A stretch of DNA of 64,000 nt, from sequence record MZ475891.1; one strand, written 5' to 3'. Under the pieces are notes generated by a model, which saw only the letters and a program-made list of their open reading frames with translations, did no database searches and had not been told where the DNA came from. Position 1 is the stretch's first letter, and every line of letters starts with the position of its first letter. Below, piece by piece: positions 19,626-27,900 of this stretch. The position numbers were made by a program, and so were the translations under genes.

Positions 19626-22600
19626 TTCTTCGTAATCCTCTTGACTGCGTTCTTGAGGAGACTGCGGCTGATTTTGATTTTCTTCTTCGCATCACCAGCA
19701 GCTGCGGCAGCTTTCTTAGCCTTCTCTTCGGCTTCGTATGCTTCCCACTGCTTGATGTTCTTCGGAAGTTCTTTCTTCCACAGATCAATGTTCTTCTGAT
19801 CTTTCTTGGTCAGAGGATTCACTTTGCCCATAGAACGAATCTTGATGCCATTAGCCCACAGTTGCTTCTGCATCCACGTGGACATCAAATGGTACTGGTC
19901 TTCCATGATGCTATCAAGTTTCTTATCGACGTCGAGATCAGCTTCGCCCAACTCATCACGCTTCTGCTCAAGGCCAGCACGAATATGCTTCCTGAGTTGT
20001 TCGTAAGAGAAGTCCCAACCTTCAACGTCTTTCTCTGATGCACCGATCTCAAAGTCGATTTCAGGCACAGACGTGAACTCAAACCCTGGATGACGCTTCT
20101 GTACAAGTTCGACCACTGCACTTGTCATGGCACGCTCAATCATATCAAGCGCGAGGAAAATCCAATCATAGTGACAGTCAACGGTCAAGGAGTCATGCAC
20201 CGATACGTTCATATCAAAGTCAGGATAGACACCGTTTGCTTTCCAGTACTCAAACTTCATGCGGTCCAGAATACGAATCGCACTCATCATCAAGTCAGAA
20301 CCAAAGCCCTGAACTGGACTGTTTACCGCACGACGGTTACATGCTGCATGAACCATGTTCGCGTCTTTATGCGACTCAGGTAACATGAAACCCCACAGGT
20401 AACGACGACGACCAACAGGAGATTCAACAAAGAAGTTCTGATGAGCAAAGTTTTGAATCTTATCAAACCACTTCAAGCCAACAGGGAAACGTTTAAGGAA
20501 CTTGCCTTTGATCTCTTCGATCTCGCCAACTTCACGACCAGTTGACTTCGCAAGACCTTTGTTACCCTGCTGGTAGATCAGGCCAAAGATTACTGTCTTA
20601 ACCGCGTTACGTACGGACTTTGTTACGTCCATTACGTTTGGAATACCGAAGAAGTATGCGGCGTTAATCTTATGCACGTCACCTTCTGCTTCTACGCGGT
20701 GTTTAATCCACGGGTCAGGCACGGTACGATAACGATGACGCAACTCACGACCTTGTTCGAATACGTCTGCTACGCCTTGGTCACCTGAGATGATTGACCA
20801 ACCTCTAACTTCGTGCGCTGAGTAGTCGACCTTGATTAACAGGCGATTCTTACGCGCAATCAGAATACGTTTGATCAACTTACCCATCTCGCTACGACTC
20901 GGAACCTGTTGTAAGTTCGGGTCAGATGCAGATGTACGACCTGTCACAACTTTTAGATAGCTGTACGTTGGTCGAATCGAACGGTCATGCTTGAAGTCCT
21001 CACTCTCGCCCCACAGCTTCAACAGGCTGTTAACGTAGGCGTTCTTGAGTTTGTACGCTTTACCTAACTTGGTATACAGCGAGACAAGAGGAAGTTCTTT
21101 GTACGCCTCTTGGAAGTCTTTATCGAGCTTCGCAGACTTCTTACCGTTATCACGGAGTTGCTCGCCTTCCTTGAGAGGCTTTAAGCGCATCACATCGATG
21201 AACAGGATTTGCTTATGCTCCTGCTTCGACATATCGAACTTCGTGACCTCGACTTTGCCCATAAGACCCATCTTAGGAACATTGTCGTCTCTGCATATCA
21301 CGGCGTTCGCTGCTTTGACCTCAGGACTCGACATGAACTCGCGTTCAACGTTTCGAATCTCTTCATTGATTGGACTGTTTGGCAGGTTGAGCTTAAACAG
21401 GTAATCAATGTCGGCACCAGCGCCTGTTGTTTCCAAGACACTGAACGCATGAATCTGGTCGGAGATTTGCTCACCCACCAGCGATTCATACTTCGTGTAC
21501 TTGCTATCAACGCCACGCTTAATCTGCGACAGATAGATACGGTACGGAACGATAACGTCAAGGCCCGCATACTCCTGCACAGCTTCGTCAAGGTCAGAGT
21601 CGGCGATTGTCGCACGCATCTCCTTACCAAACGATACTTCGTGATAAACAGTCGTACCGTACTGCATTGCGAGGTTGGCTAAGTTGTAATAACCTTGGCC
21701 AGTAACGGTCAACAGCGACTTCGCGTTCTCATCGTTACCAAACTCACCCGCTTGAATATCCCAGACGTCAGCGCAATAACTGCGAATGCCAAAGTTGGAA
21801 CGCATTACGTTCAGGTCAAACTTCGCATTCGTATAGATCTGAACCTTGTTATCGTTGTCTTCGAAGTAGTCACGGAACATATCACTAATTCGACGCAACT
21901 CTTTACCGCTGAACGGACTGTCTCTGTGATAGATTGGAATCACATAGGCCGTCTCACCGTCGCACGACAACTGCACGGTCTGAATCTTGTTTTTGATTCG
22001 ATTCAGGTTCTCGGTTTCTGTATCGACTGCGACCAGCTTAGCACGCTTCATCTTTTTCAAGATCTTTTCAAGCTGCTTAACTTTGGTCACATACACCAGC
22101 TTCCAGTTGCGGTCTTTACCGCAGGTCACTGGCTTAATCGCATAGCGCATACCCTTGTTGAGCCACGGCAACATCCAACGTGCCATGTAACCCAGAGTAT
22201 ACGACGATGCGTTTATCACAGCAGGGTTCAGGACTGTGTGATAGCTAACGTTCGGCAGATGGATGAAGCTGTGCTTCTTACCATCATGCTTGAGCTTGGT
22301 GGGTATCTCAACTCCATACCAGTGCTCATAGTGTTCTTTTGAATACTGAATCTTTTCATTGTTGAGCGCCTTGAACGGAGCTTTACCAAAAGTCAGAACG
22401 TAGTCTGGCTTGTAGTCAACAATCAGATCACGAATACGATCAGCGAATGCTTGGTCAGCATCTTCCTTGTACTGCTCAGACTTGTCATACGTCTTGAACA
22501 TGTTGTAGCTAACAACGAGGAAGTTCCAATCGTCTAACGTGGTCTTTGTCGGGAACACGTCTTCGAGATACTGAATCTGATTCAGGAACAAATCGCCTTC

Positions 22601-22786
22601 TGTGCTGCTAAAGATCTTACCATTGCGCAGGTCTTCAGTTGGCATGTGATCGAGGACAAGTAGTGCTTTACCGCCTTTGGCGCTTTTACTAACGCCTTTT
22701 AAAATACGAACCCCGTCATAAGTCTGCACGTCGGCAAACTGTTCAGGTGGATCGAAGTCAAGAGCAACGTGCTTGATTTTCACCAT
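19622..22786 (-). CDS. polA: family A DNA polymerase with 3'-5' exonuclease and an N-terminal uracil-DNA-glycosylase-like domain
   Basis: Exo motifs DTETE, NAKFD and YAGLD. TGRTSASDPNLQQVP, motif A DYSAHEVR, motif B RNAVKTVIFGLIY, motif C VHDS. Confidence 0.93.
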   Translation of the reverse strand: MVKIKHVALDFDPPEQFADVQTYDGVRILKGVSKSAKGGKALLVLDHMPTEDLRNGKIFSSTEGDLFLNQIQYLEDVFPTKTTLDDWNFLVVSYNMFKTYDKSEQYKEDADQAFADRIRDLIVDYKPDYVLTFGKAPFKALNNEKIQYSKEHYEHWYGVEIPTKLKHDGKKHSFIHLPNVSYHTVLNPAVINASSYTLGYMARWMLPWLNKGMRYAIKPVTCGKDRNWKLVYVTKVKQLEKILKKMKRAKLVAVDTETENLNRIKNKIQTVQLSCDGETAYVIPIYHRDSPFSGKELRRISDMFRDYFEDNDNKVQIYTNAKFDLNVMRSNFGIRSYCADVWDIQAGEFGNDENAKSLLTVTGQGYYNLANLAMQYGTTVYHEVSFGKEMRATIADSDLDEAVQEYAGLDVIVPYRIYLSQIKRGVDSKYTKYESLVGEQISDQIHAFSVLETTGAGADIDYLFKLNLPNSPINEEIRNVEREFMSSPEVKAANAVICRDDNVPKMGLMGKVEVTKFDMSKQEHKQILFIDVMRLKPLKEGEQLRDNGKKSAKLDKDFQEAYKELPLVSLYTKLGKAYKLKNAYVNSLLKLWGESEDFKHDRSIRPTYSYLKVVTGRTSASDPNLQQVPSRSEMGKLIKRILIARKNRLLIKVDYSAHEVRGWSIISGDQGVADVFEQGRELRHRYRTVPDPWIKHRVEAEGDVHKINAAYFFGIPNVMDVTKSVRNAVKTVIFGLIYQQGNKGLAKSTGREVGEIEEIKGKFLKRFPVGLKWFDKIQNFAHQNFFVESPVGRRRYLWGFMLPESHKDANMVHAACNRRAVNSPVQGFGSDLMMSAIRILDRMKFEYWKANGVYPDFDMNVSVHDSLTVDCHYDWIFLALDMIERAMTSAVVELVQKRHPGFEFTSVPEIDFEIGASEKDVEGWDFSYEQLRKHIRAGLEQKRDELGEADLDVDKKLDSIMEDQYHLMSTWMQKQLWANGIKIRSMGKVNPLTKKDQKNIDLWKKELPKNIKQWEAYEAEEKAKKAAAAAGDAKKKIKISRSLLKNAVKRITKK

Positions 22787-22825
22787 CTAGTCCTATCAGA
22801 GTGTGTAACACAATATGATGGCTGT

Positions 22826-22834
22826 TATTTACAG
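22826..22834 (-). promoter_or_regulatory. motif A (CTGTAAATA) upstream of the DNA polymerase
   Basis: Recurrent 9-mer lying between a terminator and the start codon. Confidence 0.6.
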
Positions 22835-22847
22835 ATTTAGAAACGAG

Positions 22848-22871
22848 AAAGGGCAGCCGAAGCCACCCTTT
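22848..22871 (-). terminator. intrinsic terminator
   Basis: AGGGTGGC-TTCG-GCTGCCCT followed by TT; stem identical to the one at 11503. Confidence 0.8.
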
Positions 22872-22877
22872 GTGTTT

Positions 22878-24125
22878 TTATTTACATGCTTTGATTGCAT
22901 CAGTGATAAGGTACTGCATGTTAAGCAGAGTAGGCTTGTTCACAGATTTAGCTCCAGTGAACTTGCCACCCATCGTCTGAGCGGTGATCTCCCAATCATT
23001 GATATCGCCATCAAAGGCAGAGAACGGAGCCTGAATAGCGACCGTCTTGCACTTGTGATCTTCGATAGTCGCTTCATAGTACCAGTCCGGGCCTTGGCCC
23101 ATACCATCGGAATGAACTGCGCGGAACTTGTATTTGCCACCTGTAGCACGCGTCAATTGATCTGCGATTTTGTTGTGTTGCGCCTGCGTGAACTTTTCAA
23201 ACTTAGCAGGGGTAACTTGCGCAAAGGCAATGTCGCCGCCCAATGGCTGGACAGGTGGGAACAGAACATATGGACCCTTCTTAGCTTTACCGCCTTTACC
23301 GTCCGTGCTTTGCACGCCAGCAACGAATGCAGCGAACGCCTTGTCGAAGTCGTTGAACGTACCCAGCTGTTTAGCTTTACGATCTTCTGGGTTACCATGA
23401 ACAACATCTTCAATGTGCTCCCCGAACTTCACGCTAGCCACAGTGAATCTACCTTTGCCTATGAGATCCTTATAGGAGAATTTCATGTCAGCGCTTTCAC
23501 CGAAAATGATAGCAGTGTTCGGTCCGTCTGGCGACGGTGTATAGAAGTAGAAGGAGTCACTTGAGCCATCATCGGCCATGCCCCCGATAGCGGAGCCAGG
23601 AACTTTCTTCAATCCCGAGAACTTAGCAATACGCTTACCTGACAATACGTCATCGCCATCATCAGGCTCAAACAGAGTTTGGAATTGTTCCATCGTGTGA
23701 ACGACTACGCCGGAAGCAGCAGAGCCAGCAGCCTTGCCAGACTTAGCATTAGTAGCAGCTACACCACGCTTGGTCGTAGCAGCAACAGCATTACCCGCAG
23801 CAGGTTTGATTTTGATCGCACGCAGAGCATTGATGGTAGCCACCAGCGTCTTCGCCTTGTACAAGTTACGCACAGCGGTGACGAGGGTTTTACCAGCAGC
23901 TTTCTTGGCGAGGCTCTGAGTAGCATCTTCGTCTTTCAGCAGCTCCAGCATCGTGGACAACTTAGACGTGTCCAGCTCTTTGATCTTAACCAGCTCTTCC
24001 AGACGTTTGATAATCACAGCAGCGTTCTTACCAAACAGGATGGCGGCGTTAGCCAGTTGAGGCTTAGTCGCAGATTCAGACTTAACCGTCTGCTCTTTAT
24101 CGAAATTCAATTTAATCAGTGACAT
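22878..24125 (-). CDS. putative internal virion protein (MSLIK...SESA family)
   Basis: N-terminus MSLIKLNF...KSESA matches 42574 and 43580. Lys/Ala-rich first third with a distinct C-terminal domain. Confidence 0.5.
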   Translation of the reverse strand: MSLIKLNFDKEQTVKSESATKPQLANAAILFGKNAAVIIKRLEELVKIKELDTSKLSTMLELLKDEDATQSLAKKAAGKTLVTAVRNLYKAKTLVATINALRAIKIKPAAGNAVAATTKRGVAATNAKSGKAAGSAASGVVVHTMEQFQTLFEPDDGDDVLSGKRIAKFSGLKKVPGSAIGGMADDGSSDSFYFYTPSPDGPNTAIIFGESADMKFSYKDLIGKGRFTVASVKFGEHIEDVVHGNPEDRKAKQLGTFNDFDKAFAAFVAGVQSTDGKGGKAKKGPYVLFPPVQPLGGDIAFAQVTPAKFEKFTQAQHNKIADQLTRATGGKYKFRAVHSDGMGQGPDWYYEATIEDHKCKTVAIQAPFSAFDGDINDWEITAQTMGGKFTGAKSVNKPTLLNMQYLITDAIKACK

Positions 24126-24134
24126 GTTAAGTCC

Positions 24135-24689
24135 TTACTTGCGGTTTTTAGTCCAGTTAGAGTTCTGAGGTTTCTTTTCGCTTTGTGGCGAAGTGTTTCC
24201 CTCGTTAATATCCTCCTCCTCGTCCTCATCTTCGTCCTCGACGACAGGCTCAGCAGCAGGCGCGGCTTCGATCTTAGTCACTTCGAGAATTTGAGAGGGC
24301 AGTGGATTCTGATTTACAGATGAAGCGACAGCAGCAGGTTCGCTTACTGTAGGCTCTACAGCAGCAGTCGCACCTACAACATGTTCGTGGACGATCTGCT
24401 TAGTCAGCAACGCGCCTTTCTCAGCGAGAATCTGATCAGCACGTTCTTGGTCCCACTTAACCCACAGGATATCGAGACCCTTGTGTGCGTACATGAAACC
24501 CTGAGGCAGCTTACCACGACCGTTGAACGGCAGGCCGTTAGAAGGAACGCCAGGCTCGAACTCATCCATCAGTTCCCACTTGCGTTTAGCCGTGATACAC
24601 TTCGGTCCCCATACACCATCACATGCACCATCGTACAGATCGAGCATGGTCATGATGACTTGGAGTTTCTGATAGAATTTATTCAGCAT
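24135..24689 (-). CDS. putative peptidoglycan-binding-domain protein with acidic tail
   Basis: LQ..M.ML.LY.G..DGVWGPKC..A...W matches the PG_binding_1 helix-loop pattern. C-terminus EDEDEDEEED. Confidence 0.55.
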   Translation of the reverse strand: MLNKFYQKLQVIMTMLDLYDGACDGVWGPKCITAKRKWELMDEFEPGVPSNGLPFNGRGKLPQGFMYAHKGLDILWVKWDQERADQILAEKGALLTKQIVHEHVVGATAAVEPTVSEPAAVASSVNQNPLPSQILEVTKIEAAPAAEPVVEDEDEDEEEDINEGNTSPQSEKKPQNSNWTKNRK

Positions 24690-24951
24690 CTTTCTTTTTC
24701 TCCGGACGAGGGACGTCTTTGCCGATGATACGTTTGAACAAACGCAAAGCCATAACAGCCTCGGTCTGAGCCATACGAGATTGCTGCTGGAACTGCATCG
24801 GATTTTCTTTCATCCAATCAACTACACGCTGCAACTCACGCGCAGTAATCAGCTTTTGGGCCAGCTTACCTTGAAGGTACACACGAACACCAGTAGTCGA
24901 AATCTTCGCTGCACTGGTGCTCTCTGCCAAATTGATCACAATTTTAGTCAT
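24679..24951 (-). CDS. small basic protein with N-terminal ESTSA tag
   Basis: 90 aa, MTKIVINLAESTSAAK. Confidence 0.6.
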   Translation of the reverse strand: MTKIVINLAESTSAAKISTTGVRVYLQGKLAQKLITARELQRVVDWMKENPMQFQQQSRMAQTEAVMALRLFKRIIGKDVPRPEKKKDAE

Positions 24952-24967
24952 TATCTTTTCCTTAAAA

Positions 24968-24987
24968 GAAAGGGGCCGAAGCCCCTT
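24968..24987 (-). terminator. intrinsic terminator after the SNF2 gene
   Basis: AAGGGGC-TTCG-GCCCCTT followed by T-tract. Confidence 0.85.
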
Positions 24988-24990
24988 GTC

Positions 24991-27900
24991 TTACACTGAC
25001 TTGTCTTTCGACGCAGTGAGTTTCAGTTTAGTCAACGCAGCCAGACACTGTTTCATGTTCGGGATGCTGTAGCCAGCTTTCTGAATACGGTTGATACGCG
25101 CTTTCGCACCAGCAACGTTCTTCACGAAACTAATCCACATACCAGACGACAGGCTGAACGTACCGAACTTACGAGTGTTCGGGATTTTCGTTCCCACGAA
25201 GCGTTTCACTTTCGGGTTAGTCGCAAGGTCGAACATGATACGCAGACGATCTTCCATCACCATCGGATATGCTTTGATGTGCTTAACATCTTTCGCAGAG
25301 GTGTGACGAATCTGGAAGAACTGTTTCAACTGCGACTGTGCCTTAACAGCCAGCTGGTAGTTGAAGCTAAGTTTAGGCGTAGACTCATCGAAGAAGTCCT
25401 GAACGAACTCCAGACGGCGAGAGGACGGACCGTCAAAGTCCAGCTTCTTAGCCTCGATGAAGTCCAAGAACTTCTCAAAGTCAGAGTAGTACGCGCAATC
25501 GATATACACGTAATCCCCGAACTCGGTGAACTCGAAGTCCTTGAGCGCTTTCGCATCAGGGTCGGTCGCATCTGCATACAGAGCAACAAAGCCGTTGTAC
25601 ACGGTAGGCGTCAGTTCCAGAGACATATCGGTACCGTCGTCCAATGTAACAGCAGCACCACGAACAGCCTTGCGCACTTTGTTGTCCAGCGGAGGAAGTT
25701 CAGCAGCCTTACGACGACGAACACGGGCAGCTGCCTGCTCTACGCCTTCGTTGATTGGCTTACCTTCTTCTTTGTTCGCTTTACGTTGAGTAACGCGGGC
25801 GTTCTTACGCTCTTGAGCCTCAACTTTCTTCTCGGTTGCTTTCGAGTCGGCAGTTTGAGTCTCATCGGTCACGGTGTCTTCGACTTCAACGCGCTTGGCT
25901 TCTGCCTCAACACGCTTACGGTCTTTAGCTGTCGCCCACGGCTTACGCACTTCAAAGAAGCGTTTCAGATCAGCAGGAGATACCTTACCAGCGTAATGCA
26001 CTTTGTTCGCAGGCACAGTAACGATTTCCTCGCCACCAGCAAGACGAACACGCACGGTACTGATAGGGCTGTCAGCACGCAGCTTACCGTCAGCAGTACG
26101 AACCGTAACGCTCACGATGATACCGTTACCGAACTCAGTCACAACAGGTGCACGGTTCAGCGCGTCTTTAACGTTCTCACCTGAGGAGAAGTTCTGGTTG
26201 CGTGCCCAATCAAGCAGACGCTCCAGTCCCCAGTTATGACGGTCTGGGATCTTCTGGTTAGCAACGATAGGTACCTGCTCCATGATACGGAAGTCACGCA
26301 GAGCTGGAGTAGCAGGCAGCGGCTGCATTGCTGCAATCGTTGTCTTACGCATCTCTTGGAACTCTTGCGCTTCAATATCGTTCAGGTCACGCTTGGCCAG
26401 GAAGTACGGTTTAAAGTCTTCCATCGTGTTGTTATCGATCAACAGACTTGCATTCATCTTGATTGGAGCAAGCTGATACTGGTCAAGTTTCTCGTAACGC
26501 TGGTTACCTTTCTCATCGAAACGAGTTTTCTCCAGCGTTTTCCACATCAGACGTGCAACCTTACCTACTTCAAGAGTCTTGTTCGTCATCACCCAATCGA
26601 TGAACACGGCTTCGCGTTTCATATCGCCTGGCTTACCGTTCTCATCAAGCACGGCAGCAGCAACGTCAGGACGGAAGATACGCGCAGTAGACTGATCGTA
26701 TGTACCTGGTGACCACGGGGTGTCGCAGCGAATGATACGACTACCCATCTGCATGTTGTGGCCTTCACTGATTGCCTGTTCGTTAGCAATCAGAATCTGC
26801 ACACGGTCATCGGTCTTGAACGCGTCAAGGTTGGCCTCTTTGTTTTGGCCTAACTTACCGACTTCACCGTGATACACAACAGCGACCTTCTTGTAGTTCT
26901 CAGGCAGAGAGTTATAGATTGCGTTTGCAGCACGCGTGTAGCGAGTGAACACAATCAACTTGCCCTGAACCTCTGGCTTCCAGTAGTCTGGGTCTTCCGG
27001 AGGTGGAACCATTGAAGGTGGCAGTGTTTGACGCTGGAACTCTTCGGACTGTTTACGTGCCAGATACTTCTGACCCTGATAGACAGCCATGTCAAGCTCA
27101 CGAGGAGTAACGCCCTGCGTCCAGTTAAAGATTTGCTGCTCTTTGACCAGCGGGTCACGTTCAGGCTGCACTTCAAAGTGCTTGCGAATACGCTCGATGA
27201 TAGTCAGGACTTTCGCAGAAACGAACTTGGTGACACCAGCGTTTTCAAACGTCAGACGAGCAACGTCATCACCCATCGGGTCGGTCAGCATCATCTCCAT
27301 GCGCTGGAAGTACATGTTGAGGTCAGCGTTACCTGCGAGCAATGCGCCCAGGTCATCACCTTCTTCAATATCATCTTCATCAATGTCGTCAGAGGCAGTA
27401 GCTTCTGCACCGTCCTCTTCGTCATCTTCACCAGCAGATGCAGCACGGCGTTTGGCGTTGTTAGCAGCTTCCTGCAACTTCTCCAGTACCTGAGCATACA
27501 TCGCGTTATACACCTCTTGGTGCAGCGATGAGTTAGGCACAGTCGGGTCATCAATCTCAACCTGAATGAAGGTATCGATTGGGTTCGGCAACATGAACGC
27601 CCAGTTCTTACGCTTGAACGAGATGAACGCAGTGTGGTTAGACATACGCGAGTGAGCACGACGAATCATTTCAATGTCGTCTTTCGCGCCGTCGTATGCA
27701 ACGTCGAGAGAATCACCGAACATCGCAGGCGTCATCAGTGCAGCCTGACCAACAATGTCACGTACGCGGTCAGTTACCAGAGTACCAGTAGCGATACGCG
27801 CATAGCGAACAGATGGTGCGGTGAATACTGCTTTGGTATTGAAGTGCACCTGAGAACCAGACTGGCCTCCAGAGAAGTTCTTAACCTTGTGCGACTCATC

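Noticed and set aside
19622-22786. Intein or intron in the DNA polymerase, helicases or clamp loader
   Set aside because: Motif spacing is continuous, and no C...HN splice junctions or LAGLIDADG blocks were recognised.
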